Source of the DNA: a virus
Lineage: Duplodnaviria; Caudoviricetes
Reading direction: 5' to 3' (one strand)
IMG/VR virus record: IMGVR_UViG_3300027751_000004
Coordinates: 32,001 to 96,000 of that record
Length of the DNA stretch: 64,000 nt
The notes beneath the pieces were generated by a model. The model was not told where the DNA came from, made no database searches, and worked only from the letters and a program-made list of their open reading frames with translations. A program made the position numbers and the translations under genes. Below, one piece after another: positions 1 to 8,914 of the stretch (its first letter is position 1; every line of letters starts with the position of its first letter).

Positions 1-84
1 TGCGATCAAGTCTTGAATGTCGTCCATACCTTCAGTCTGGAATGCTTCGGTTGGCTGGGTATGTCCTACAATTTGTACTTTCAT
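1..84 (-). CDS. thyX: Flavin-dependent thymidylate synthase, N-terminal fragment (runs off the window)
   Basis: Not in the ORF track. Manual translation from ATG at 84 gives MKVQIVGHTQPTEAFQTEGMDDIQDLIA, matching the typical ThyX start that precedes (Y/F)CARVS. Only 28 codons are visible. Confidence 0.6.
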   Translation of the reverse strand, partial: MKVQIVGHTQPTEAFQTEGMDDIQDLIA

Positions 85-101
85 TTAGTCACCTTACTTT
101 A

Positions 102-1499
102 TTATACTTGGAAACCGCTGTAATCACGTTTCTCGTTATTTCCCCATGTCGCCACAGGTTTATCATTGGCTGGCGTAGTTGGTGCTGCAGAGTCAATTAG
201 ATTCTGAGCAGATTCTTCTACATCATATAGCTTCATCTTAGACCTATCAACCCCAACAACAAACCGCTTGTTTGCTCCAGGATCATTATATCTATTCTTC
301 AATTGCTTCACTAATATCTGACCTAACTGCTCGAGTTCCTCGCTACTGATCAGGGCAAACATAAAGTCCGCAGTAGCAGGTAGACCAAACGATTCAGAAG
401 TATCTTCAAGACCAACATCAGAGTTACCATAACCAGATCTTGTAGTCTGAGTTGCCGACATGATAGGAACGTCAAACTCTACAGCAAGACCACGTATCTC
501 TTCAGCAATAGACTTGATCAAAGAGTAGGTATTCACCGAGCCACCCAGACCTTTCATACGAGACGATGAACAGATATTAAGATAATCAATATAGATTACA
601 TCTGGTATAAAGTTCTTCTTCAACTTCAACTCGTTCAGTAACGCACGGAAGTGACCAACATGCGCAGATCCAGTAGGATATTCTTTGATGATTAGTTTGC
701 CTTGAGTTTTCTTAGCAATCTTCTCGACCTTACTATCAAACATTTCTTTAGATAAAGTCTCAAGCTGATCAATAGGAAGATTCATCAGGTTCGCATCAAT
801 ACGTTCAGCAATACGCTCTTCAGCCATTTCCATAGTAATGTAAAGAACATTTTGACCCTGAGATAGGTTTGCTCCAGCACAGTGACACATGAACAAAGAC
901 TTACCAACACCAGTACCAGCCATTGCGATATTCAGAGTCTTACGAGGCAATCCACCTTTAGTGATACGATTGAAGTAATCAAGATCAAATGGTATACGAA
1001 CTTCTTCACGATGATAGAACTCATAACGACCCTCAGCACTATCAACATAATCATGACCAACACTGCGGTCAAACGAGATGCCCAATGCTTCGGATAGGAT
1101 ATCGGGCAATGCGTTCTTGCTTAGTGTTTGGTGTTTACCGTCAATGATATTGATAGATTCTAGGATAGCAAGGTGAATGGCTCGATCCTGACACCATTTC
1201 TCTGTAGACTGCATAAGCCAAGTTTCATCAACAGCTTCAACAGTCTCAAACATCTGCTCGACCTGTGAACTGATCTCGCCAACATCTACGCCACGTAGGT
1301 CGGCTGAGTCCAGTTCAATTAGGAATGCTTCTCTGGTAGGCAGGTTGTTAAACTTAGCTACAAAGTTGCCGAGTTCTTGAAACACAAACGAAGTAGATTC
1401 AGAGAAATACTCAGCCTTCAGAAATGGTATAACTTGACGAGCGAAGTGCTCGTTCTGAATTAGGTTCCTGAGTATTGTTGTTTCCAGATTCGCTTGCAT
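102..1499 (-). CDS. 41: Replicative DNA helicase (T4 gp41-like, DnaB family)
   Basis: Walker A AGTGVGKS, YITMEMAEERIAERID, IDYLNI, SATQTTRSG, KQLKNRY; probable start at MQANLE. Confidence 0.97.
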   Translation of the reverse strand: MQANLETTILRNLIQNEHFARQVIPFLKAEYFSESTSFVFQELGNFVAKFNNLPTREAFLIELDSADLRGVDVGEISSQVEQMFETVEAVDETWLMQSTEKWCQDRAIHLAILESINIIDGKHQTLSKNALPDILSEALGISFDRSVGHDYVDSAEGRYEFYHREEVRIPFDLDYFNRITKGGLPRKTLNIAMAGTGVGKSLFMCHCAGANLSQGQNVLYITMEMAEERIAERIDANLMNLPIDQLETLSKEMFDSKVEKIAKKTQGKLIIKEYPTGSAHVGHFRALLNELKLKKNFIPDVIYIDYLNICSSSRMKGLGGSVNTYSLIKSIAEEIRGLAVEFDVPIMSATQTTRSGYGNSDVGLEDTSESFGLPATADFMFALISSEELEQLGQILVKQLKNRYNDPGANKRFVVGVDRSKMKLYDVEESAQNLIDSAAPTTPANDKPVATWGNNEKRDYSGFQV

Positions 1500-1788
1500 C
1501 TTCACCACCTATCCTATAGTCTTCTTTACCATCAAATGCAGACATAATTATATCTCTTAATATGTCCCCAGTTAGCATTTTAAAATCATCATCACCTTCA
1601 AGTGCAGCGGATTCCTCTTTAGGTTCAAGTACACCCATTTCGAAATTTAGCTTTGCATGATCATGCTCAGGGACTTCCTGAGCACTCACTGCACCATAAC
1701 CTACAACTACATCCTTGTATTTGCCATCAGTAATACGCACGCCCCAGCTGTCATAGCCTTCAACGTCGATTAACTCATAACTCACCAT
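1411..1788 (-). CDS. Conserved hypothetical protein in the uvsX-41 interval (position of T4 gp40)
   Basis: Likely start MVSYEL overlapping the uvsX stop; synteny only. Confidence 0.6.
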   Translation of the reverse strand: MVSYELIDVEGYDSWGVRITDGKYKDVVVGYGAVSAQEVPEHDHAKLNFEMGVLEPKEESAALEGDDDFKMLTGDILRDIIMSAFDGKEDYRIGGEDASESGNNNTQEPNSERALRSSSYTISEG

Positions 1789-2833
1789 TGGCGATCTCCT
1801 CCATGTCAATGGTAGTAACACCACCGACACCAAACTGGTATTGCTTCTTGATAAACTCTTTGAAGTCAGAGTTAGCAAAGATTGGCTCCCAGAAAGATTC
1901 TTCTTGGGTGGCTTTCATACGAACCTTTTGACCCATCTCGCCAGTGCTTTGATCAACAGTAGCATACCAACCATTACTCGGTTTAATCACATATCCGCCA
2001 ACAAGGGCAACATCAAGTAATCCAGAGTAATTAACGATACCGCCATCAAAAGTTACCTTGATTGGGATCTTAGATTTCTCTCGAACAAACCTTGACTTTT
2101 CTACGTTGATTACAAAGTCATACCCTTCAATCTCACCTGAGCTCAGTTTGTTTTGACGTCTACCAACAATCCAGATATTATCTGCAGAGTAGTAGATACC
2201 AGTACCGCCAGATACAATATCTTTAGGGAACAATCCGATTTCCTTATAGGTATGATTGATAGCAATCAAAGGAATATTCTTCATGGTTAGGTATGGGGTG
2301 GTCATACGGAATAAACCTTTCAACGCTTTGGCTCGAGACATGTCAGCAACTGACTTCTCATTCAATGCGTCTTCAAGTTCTTTCTTAGATGCTAAGTTAC
2401 CAATTGAATCGATTACTACAATAACCTTTTCATCACGAGCAAGATTATCAAGCTGACCAACAAGGTCGAACTTTAACTCTTCAACGTCTTTGATAGGGGT
2501 GTGTAGAACACGATTAATATCGATACCGAACGATTCGAAGTATGATTGCGGTGAACCAAATTCTGAATCATAGAAAAGCATTACGGCATCGTCATACTTG
2601 CGAAGATAAGCTGCAGCCATCTTTAAAGCAAAAGAAGTTTTGAAGTGTTTACTCGGTCCAGCCAAGACTGTAAGACCTGAAGTAAGACCACCATCTACAT
2701 CACCCGACAATGCGACGTTCATCATAGGAACGTCTGTCGGGATAATATCTTTTGTATTAAAGAAGGCTGAATCAGCTAGTGTATCGCTTTCTTTAATCTT
2801 CGAATTTTTTCGAAGTTTATCCATCAAACTCAT
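1775..2833 (-). CDS. uvsX: RecA-like recombinase UvsX
   Basis: LAGPSKHFKT P-loop, YDSEFG, DSIGNLASKKE, GGTGIYYSAD, KSRFVREKS. Confidence 0.97.
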   Translation of the reverse strand: MSLMDKLRKNSKIKESDTLADSAFFNTKDIIPTDVPMMNVALSGDVDGGLTSGLTVLAGPSKHFKTSFALKMAAAYLRKYDDAVMLFYDSEFGSPQSYFESFGIDINRVLHTPIKDVEELKFDLVGQLDNLARDEKVIVVIDSIGNLASKKELEDALNEKSVADMSRAKALKGLFRMTTPYLTMKNIPLIAINHTYKEIGLFPKDIVSGGTGIYYSADNIWIVGRRQNKLSSGEIEGYDFVINVEKSRFVREKSKIPIKVTFDGGIVNYSGLLDVALVGGYVIKPSNGWYATVDQSTGEMGQKVRMKATQEESFWEPIFANSDFKEFIKKQYQFGVGGVTTIDMEEIANGEL

Positions 2834-2859
2834 AGTTTATCTCCAATTAATGAGACCAT

Positions 2860-2888
2860 ATTATAACATATTATTGAACAAAAGTAAA
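2860..2888 (-). promoter_or_regulatory. Sigma70-type early promoter for uvsX
   Basis: TTTACT-N17-TATAAT on the minus strand. Confidence 0.8.
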
Positions 2889-2896
2889 GCGATATT

Positions 2897-3412
2897 TTAC
2901 TTTGGACGCTTCGGTAGACTATTCGAGACTTTGCTCTTAATTTTTCTGATCAACTCGTGCTTAGTTAAACCTTTGTGTAGTTTACAGCCAAGATCTTGTC
3001 CATAGACGTACAATTGCTTTGAGTTATAACCCGAAATGGATTGGATTTGTTCTCGAGCTTTACGCAACGCTTCATCATACACTGTCTGAGGATCATCAGA
3101 TTCTTCCTCTACTGGTACTTCTTCAGCAGGAGCCTCTTCTTTAGACTCAATGAATGCTTCTGGGGACAAATTCTCAATAATAGGATCATCGCCCAAGTCA
3201 GGGGTTTCTTCTGCTTCTGCTGGAGTAAACTCTACTACAACATCGTCATCAGTAGAAGTATCTACCTCTACCTCTACCTCTACTTCAGTTAATTCTGTTT
3301 CTTCTACAGATTCCGCATCGTTAATTGCTGCTTGAATCTGCGCCTTAGTCATTTTGTCTGTTACGTCCAGACCCATCTCTTTAGCTTTCGCTAATAGTTT
3401 TTTCTTAGTCAT
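2897..3412 (-). CDS. Acidic protein with two Rho-N/HeH-like helical modules
   Basis: N-terminal TKKKLLAKAKEMGLDVTDKMTKAQIQAAI and C-terminal SKQLYVYGQDLGCKLHKGLTKHELIRKI flank an E/D-rich linker; probable start MTKKK. Confidence 0.55.
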   Translation of the reverse strand: MTKKKLLAKAKEMGLDVTDKMTKAQIQAAINDAESVEETELTEVEVEVEVDTSTDDDVVVEFTPAEAEETPDLGDDPIIENLSPEAFIESKEEAPAEEVPVEEESDDPQTVYDEALRKAREQIQSISGYNSKQLYVYGQDLGCKLHKGLTKHELIRKIKSKVSNSLPKRPK

Positions 3413-3413
3413 T

Positions 3414-3614
3414 TTAGACCCTCGCCTTTTGTATTCTTCGAACCATTTCTTTTTTAACAAGACCTTTGTGTAGTTTAACTGACTCACTAGCACCCAATTC
3501 AATTAACTGAGTTCTTGTAAGTTCCATCAACTCTTCATCAGTTTGTTTCGTTTTTAGATCATTTAATTCGCTGTTACAAAATAAGTCTTTAATAGATTTC
3601 AAAAAGTTTAACAT
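3414..3614 (-). CDS. Small protein with one Rho-N/HeH-like module
   Basis: LMELTRTQLIELGASESVKLHKGLVKKEMVRRI resembles the C-terminal module of the neighbouring gene. Confidence 0.55.
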   Translation of the reverse strand: MLNFLKSIKDLFCNSELNDLKTKQTDEELMELTRTQLIELGASESVKLHKGLVKKEMVRRIQKARV

Positions 3615-4558
3615 TATATTACCTCACTGTTACGATAAGCATACTCAATAGCCGAGTTTGCCTCTAATTTAATTGGTCGTTTTTCATACCAATTGCCTGT
3701 TTCCCGATCCAATTCCCGCATAAGTATTTCAATCTCAGAGTCTGTGATCGGATAACCTTTGCGGATAGCATTGAATGCGAGAGAAACCATAAACTGGTAC
3801 ATCTTATGATACCAACCAGTTTCAGAAATAATACGATACTCAGCCAACATCTGCTTATTTACAAATGGGCAGTCGTAAATACCATTCCAGTTATATTTAT
3901 TCTTATTCTCTAGCTTAGTTTTGCGATGAGCAATAACTTCTTTCTGTAATTCTTCAGGTAAACGGTCGAGAAAGTTGTTACCTGTTTTCTTTTCAATATA
4001 AGGATGCTTACTGAGAAGACTATCGATACCAATATCTCCGCCAGAACGTGTAAAGAAAAAACTATATGACCCAGAATAATCTGCAGGGATATAGTACATT
4101 CTACTTAGATCTTTAGTTTGACGATCGGAGAGATTACCTATCTCTGTATTCAAAGCATGCCAGAAGTGTTTGATTTTATCAGCAGGAACGTGTTTGTCTA
4201 ATTTAAATACTAATCTGAATTTAGGTTTATCTTCTGTGCTACTCGCAGTAGAGTAACACATATAGTACCATTCAGGAGGGACTATCGAGTTAAGTTCTTG
4301 TTTAAGATCACCTTTAAATTCATGTTCATCGACATCTACTGCGCACCACCCCGCCCATGCAGTAACGTTTACATTTCTTCTAGTCGTATTTGGTTCATAA
4401 ATTGCGGGTGAGATTAAGTAAGCATCATGCTTATTCTCTACTGCAGCTTTACTCAACCCAAGAAACGTATTTTCAAGATATTCCCACTTCTCGAAGTTCA
4501 TACGCTTATGAGTTTCATTATCGAAACGATTTTTAAATATAGTTAAACAATAATCCAT
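3614..4558 (-). CDS. AEP-superfamily primase/primase-polymerase-like protein
   Basis: Acidic motif AVDVD, YSTASS..KPKFRLVF, DRQTKDLSRMYYIP, helical PriCT-like C-terminus. Confidence 0.7.
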   Translation of the reverse strand: MDYCLTIFKNRFDNETHKRMNFEKWEYLENTFLGLSKAAVENKHDAYLISPAIYEPNTTRRNVNVTAWAGWCAVDVDEHEFKGDLKQELNSIVPPEWYYMCYSTASSTEDKPKFRLVFKLDKHVPADKIKHFWHALNTEIGNLSDRQTKDLSRMYYIPADYSGSYSFFFTRSGGDIGIDSLLSKHPYIEKKTGNNFLDRLPEELQKEVIAHRKTKLENKNKYNWNGIYDCPFVNKQMLAEYRIISETGWYHKMYQFMVSLAFNAIRKGYPITDSEIEILMRELDRETGNWYEKRPIKLEANSAIEYAYRNSEVI

Positions 4559-4568
4559 AATAACCCCT

Positions 4569-4598
4569 ATTATACTATAGATGATAGTATAAAGTCAA
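4569..4598 (-). promoter_or_regulatory. Sigma70-type promoter for the primase-like gene
   Basis: TTGACT-N18-TATAAT inside the 3' end of the kinase gene. Confidence 0.6.
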
Positions 4599-5115
4599 CT
4601 ACTTTTTTCGTGTCGTCAACGTTTTCGTGCCTCATTTCTTTGACACATCCTTCTTCTTCACCAAATAGAGTAACCTTGTCGCCATACTTCTCAGCAATAC
4701 GACTTACTTTAGTCTTTACAGTTTGGATGAATTTGTCACTTTGGTTTGAACCACGTTGCACGTATCTCCGTTGCCTTTCCTCGTCAGATACAGTCAAGTG
4801 AACAATAACTTTGTCGTCAAAGCAATCAAAGAAACCTCCATTATTGAGTCTGTCACCCTCGCCAATTACTACCTCGTCACGATCTTCGCTATAGTATTCA
4901 ATTGCTTTGGGTGCTACCGCCATTGATAGTCTATCGGTGCCAGAGAACGTCTCTCCTTCCTCGTACTTGCCTAGAACACGTAGGTGTCCAGAGGTATGAC
5001 TATCGAGTAGATCGATTGGTCGGTTAGTAACCCAATCATTATAGCGACTCATAAACTCTTTCATTACAGTAGACTTACCGCATCCTGGAAGTCCAATCAA
5101 ATATATTAGTTTCAT
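4570..5115 (-). CDS. P-loop nucleotide kinase of the base-hypermodification-associated type (candidate 5-hmU DNA kinase)
   Basis: GLPGCGKST Walker A, LGKY..GETFSGTDRLSMAV, IGEGDRL, RGSNQS; adjacent to an amino acid:DNA transferase. Confidence 0.8.
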   Translation of the reverse strand: MKLIYLIGLPGCGKSTVMKEFMSRYNDWVTNRPIDLLDSHTSGHLRVLGKYEEGETFSGTDRLSMAVAPKAIEYYSEDRDEVVIGEGDRLNNGGFFDCFDDKVIVHLTVSDEERQRRYVQRGSNQSDKFIQTVKTKVSRIAEKYGDKVTLFGEEEGCVKEMRHENVDDTKKVVDFILSSIV

Positions 5116-5124
5116 ATTATACCT

Positions 5125-6144
5125 TTACATAAATGCGTCAAGACCCATTACCACTTGACTGTCTTCGTTAAACATCCAATTCAATCTATCAATGTTGCCA
5201 GTTGATACAAACTCAGAATACTTAGACTTATTGATAACCCTAGTTTCATATACACGCTCGTCTAGAGTTTCCTCACGAGCCTGCCACAATACTTCCCATT
5301 CAATACCAGCCCAGTCATCTGCTTCGACTTTACGGATCTCTTCAGCAACTCTATCATTATAGTAACCCAAGTATCTACCATGATGCTCACGGAATATCTT
5401 CTTGAATGCGCAGAGAGCAGTTTCCATAGTGAATGTATTTAGATCTTTATCAAGGTGAGAGAATCTACTCTTCATCTCAACTAGTATAGACTTTGCCTCA
5501 TCCTCTAGCCACTGATATTCATCTGGCGTAAGTTTAGCATCATACCAATCATCTTTACCGAGAGCCATACACAAACCATTGCGGTGAGATCTAGAACCAC
5601 CATAATCCTTTAAGAGTAAAGTCCTAGGAACGTTAGGTATATGGGCAGTATGGTTTAGATGCTGTAGGAAGAACCAAGTAGAGTATCTACCAAACTTATA
5701 GAACTTGTCTGTAACTGCGTTGTATAGGTTATCAAAGTTGACATACTCGTTATCACCCATAAGAGACTCGAACGATTCACGCTGAGATCTAGATCCAACA
5801 AACTCCGCATAGGACTTGAACATATCTGGCAAATGACCTTTTGACCACTTAGTGTCTGTTTGATATCTGAGACGTTTATAGTTCTCAGTGTTCCAAAGAC
5901 TCATGCGGTCATAGGTAGCAAGTTCGAAGTCGGGGAACTCGTTGATAAGGATCCAAGCGGTCGGCAGATAATATGTGTTGCCATATAACCAAGACAACCA
6001 TATTCTCTGCTCTGAGTTATGCTCGAATCTATCATTGAGGTAGTTAGTCATCCATACGGCAGGGTCGCAGTCTTTATATTCTACCGACCAAGCATACCAC
6101 TTTATGAATGCTTCTCTACGATTTTGTTTTAATCTATAATCCAT
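5125..6144 (-). CDS. Amino acid:DNA transferase (AADT / aG/PT-PPlase clade 2, HhH-glycosylase fold)
   Basis: DCDP, WLSWLYGNTY, KFGRYSTWFFLQHL (HhH-like), SHRNGL, METALCAFKK, RYLGYYNDR; probable start MDYRLK. Confidence 0.85.
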   Translation of the reverse strand: MDYRLKQNRREAFIKWYAWSVEYKDCDPAVWMTNYLNDRFEHNSEQRIWLSWLYGNTYYLPTAWILINEFPDFELATYDRMSLWNTENYKRLRYQTDTKWSKGHLPDMFKSYAEFVGSRSQRESFESLMGDNEYVNFDNLYNAVTDKFYKFGRYSTWFFLQHLNHTAHIPNVPRTLLLKDYGGSRSHRNGLCMALGKDDWYDAKLTPDEYQWLEDEAKSILVEMKSRFSHLDKDLNTFTMETALCAFKKIFREHHGRYLGYYNDRVAEEIRKVEADDWAGIEWEVLWQAREETLDERVYETRVINKSKYSEFVSTGNIDRLNWMFNEDSQVVMGLDAFM

Positions 6145-6145
6145 A

Positions 6146-7438
6146 TTACTCTTCAAATGCAGGAAGTACATCAACCTGAATATCTAGCTGGTGGAAGTTG
6201 ATGGTATCTTTTAGGTCTTTTAACCAAGAGCCATCTTCATGCTCAGCGATCTCCATCTTAGAAGTATAGTGAAGAACAATAGCACCTTTATCGGCACTGA
6301 CGTTTTTCATTCTACGACATATATAACCAAACGCTTGACCATGTTTTGCTTTAGACATCTGAGCATGAACAGTAGCGATATTATCCTTACCATAGTTTTC
6401 CCATTCATACCGCTCAAAGAACGCATCATCATAAGCAATGATGTTAGATTGATACTTCAGAGATGCCTCTGTTTTCTGTATGCGGTTTTGAACAGACTTA
6501 AACAAACCACTTAGCTTTTTCTTAGAGGGGATTACAAGGATGAATCTATCATAGATTAGTTTCCTTGCTCGCTCCTCTTGTAGCGGTTGCGATATATCAA
6601 GTTTCTGCTCGAGGATGAAGTTTTGCATCTGGCGTTTGATATCTTCATCGCTATTATACTCACGAATCTTATCACCCTCTTTGTTCATTAACATACCAAA
6701 GAAGTTGTAGTTCGTTTTCCTAGTTTTCTCATTAGAGCCAAACTCCGACTCGTTAATAAAGATAACAGGAGCAGTAGATATTCCTCGGACTTTCATAAGG
6801 GCAGCAGTTCGGTTGTTACCATCTAGGATAGTACGCTCGCCATCAGATTTAACCACAACTGTAATCGGGTCGAGTAACTCAGATATCTTCTCTGGGTTCT
6901 CTTCCATAGCGTTTACTAGTTTACTCACATGATGTGGCTTAATAGTTTCTACACGGACTTGGTTCTTACTGTACGATGATAACTGGTTCAAAGGCACTTG
7001 TTGAACATCGTATTTGCTACCTGCTATATTATCGGCAATTGTTTTGATTCTTTGATTCTCATCAGCAAAGGAGTTTTCGATTTCAATACCGTCAGTCTTA
7101 CCCTCGATATAATCAATAATAACTTCCTTCATCTCTGGAGTGATAAGTGCCTCGTCAACACAATGCGCATTATTCTTATAATTGTACATGAGGTCTCTGG
7201 ATACTTTGGTGCCATACTTGAGGGCAAACCACTCAAGGGTTTTTGCGATATCTAGATCTTGCTCTTTGCCCACATAGATTATACTGCGTTTGAGTAGACC
7301 ACAACTGTAGTCTTGCCAAAACTCTGGATTCTCGGATGATGAAATGTAGAATGATTTACCAGCTGGTTGTAACCCGATATACATCTTACTGGATTCAATA
7401 TTGCGATATGCATAAACATATACGTTATTAGTCAACAC
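6146..7438 (-). CDS. GIY-YIG nuclease-like domain fused to a ParB/Srx-like domain
   Basis: N-terminal YVYAYRNIESSKMYIG...YISSS...LE...YN; central NQVR...DPITVV...ILDGNNRTAA; GTG start with GGAG RBS. Confidence 0.65.
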   Translation of the reverse strand: MLTNNVYVYAYRNIESSKMYIGLQPAGKSFYISSSENPEFWQDYSCGLLKRSIIYVGKEQDLDIAKTLEWFALKYGTKVSRDLMYNYKNNAHCVDEALITPEMKEVIIDYIEGKTDGIEIENSFADENQRIKTIADNIAGSKYDVQQVPLNQLSSYSKNQVRVETIKPHHVSKLVNAMEENPEKISELLDPITVVVKSDGERTILDGNNRTAALMKVRGISTAPVIFINESEFGSNEKTRKTNYNFFGMLMNKEGDKIREYNSDEDIKRQMQNFILEQKLDISQPLQEERARKLIYDRFILVIPSKKKLSGLFKSVQNRIQKTEASLKYQSNIIAYDDAFFERYEWENYGKDNIATVHAQMSKAKHGQAFGYICRRMKNVSADKGAIVLHYTSKMEIAEHEDGSWLKDLKDTINFHQLDIQVDVLPAFEE

Positions 7439-7472
7439 GTGCTTTTCTCCTCTATTCGGTCAAGCAAGTAGT

Positions 7473-7501
7473 ATTATATAATAAAATGACACAAAAGTAA
7501 A
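7473..7501 (-). promoter_or_regulatory. Sigma70-type early promoter for the GIY-YIG/ParB gene
   Basis: TTTACT-N17-TATAAT with an upstream A-tract. Confidence 0.8.
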
Positions 7502-7509
7502 GGTTTTTT

Positions 7510-8043
7510 TTAAAAGAATTCTGTGAGTCCTTCTGGCTCTACAAACACTTCAACACAACCACCTTTACCTTTCTTGTTTACTGCAGCAAAGATTGTTGGG
7601 TCTGATATATCATAGTAACCATCTTGAAATGTATTATTGATACGGAACATTGATAATTGACATCCGCTTTTCTGTTTACCTAGAAACTGAAACCCACATT
7701 TCTCGTAAAAGGCAACAGCATCTGGCTCGGACGAAACACGGTAGTATAGTGCTTTATCTGCCTTTGCCCTTTGTAAAGATTCGATACAAAGTGTTCTACC
7801 GACCCCTTTACCTCTATGATTAGCAAAAGTATGAAGCAGTTGAAGGTTCGCTACTTTTGGCGAACGTTTTGACACAGTTGTGATGATTGCTCCGAGTAAG
7901 TCGTTACCGTCCCAGAGACCAATGCAATAATCCCACTGCCCCTGCATGTTCGCCTTTGTTACAAATGTTTTGGCGAACTTGTCTGCAGGATCAGTAGTAA
8001 TGGCAGAAGTAAATTCTTCTGCTGTAGTTTTACGCAACTTCAT
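7510..8043 (-). CDS. GNAT-family N-acetyltransferase
   Basis: Acetyl-CoA motif A LHTFANHRGKGVGRTL and motif B AVAFYEKCGF; probable start MKLRK. Confidence 0.88.
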   Translation of the reverse strand: MKLRKTTAEEFTSAITTDPADKFAKTFVTKANMQGQWDYCIGLWDGNDLLGAIITTVSKRSPKVANLQLLHTFANHRGKGVGRTLCIESLQRAKADKALYYRVSSEPDAVAFYEKCGFQFLGKQKSGCQLSMFRINNTFQDGYYDISDPTIFAAVNKKGKGGCVEVFVEPEGLTEFF

Positions 8044-8902
8044 GGTATTCACGCTTTTTAGTTCCACGTTCTTTAGCCCATTTAGTTTTCTGATGACCGA
8101 CCCACTGGTTCAAATTCCAATCAAATGGAGGGAACTCATAGTCTCCTTCCGATAGTATTTCTTTTACGCTTGGACCACCGTTTAGGGCAGCATCTATAAA
8201 TGCTTCAACGAAGCGGAACATAGACTCCATATGCTTGCGTTCAGTTGTAGCACGGAAGCAACGGAACTCTATCGTACCAGTGTGTTTCATACAATAGGTA
8301 TTGATAGCATATCTGAAAGGTCTACCCATAGAAACTCCATCCTTACCTGCTGCGTGTAACTTGATAAAGTGATCAAAGTCGGTAGCAAGATTCATGATAT
8401 TGTTTGCCATGTATTCAGGCATTTGACGACCACCATCATACTTCATGTACATCTTAGCACCTTTTGCTTTCTTCATTGAACCAGATTCGTGAAAGAGTCC
8501 GCAGTTCTCGACAACATCAGCTTGGTTATCTTTGATGTACTTTATCAAACGCTTCAGAGCGTCTAGATCTTCAGTCAGCTTTGGTACATAAACATGTAGG
8601 TGAGAATGGCTGAGGCAGTTAGAAGTAGGTTCGCAACCCTGATCAATAAACCACTGTTTAACCTCTTGGATACGGTCTACCTGTCCTTCCCAAGTTTTAG
8701 TCGGTTTGGTATTAACCTCACCGCCAAACGGAGGGTCTTCACCTAGAGGGTCGCAGGCAACGTATCTATAAGGATCTCGTAGATTAACTACGTCAGTCTC
8801 GGAGTATTCCCAACTACCAAGATGTTCGGGTATTTCTAACCTGCGGTCAATATCGCCCCATTCAATTTCATATCCCCAAGTAAAGTCTTTTTTATCATAC
8901 AT
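8030..8902 (-). CDS. Amidoligase (COOH-NH2 ligase, glutamine-synthetase-like fold)
   Basis: FTWGYEIEW, GGEVNTKP, HSHLHV, RYAIN...GTIEFRCF. Confidence 0.85.
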   Translation of the reverse strand: MYDKKDFTWGYEIEWGDIDRRLEIPEHLGSWEYSETDVVNLRDPYRYVACDPLGEDPPFGGEVNTKPTKTWEGQVDRIQEVKQWFIDQGCEPTSNCLSHSHLHVYVPKLTEDLDALKRLIKYIKDNQADVVENCGLFHESGSMKKAKGAKMYMKYDGGRQMPEYMANNIMNLATDFDHFIKLHAAGKDGVSMGRPFRYAINTYCMKHTGTIEFRCFRATTERKHMESMFRFVEAFIDAALNGGPSVKEILSEGDYEFPPFDWNLNQWVGHQKTKWAKERGTKKREYHEVA

Positions 8903-8914
8903 AACAATTTACCT

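Noticed and set aside
3261-3284. (TCTACC)n microsatellite-like run
   Set aside because: It simply encodes the EVEVEV low-complexity linker; there is no evidence of phase variation
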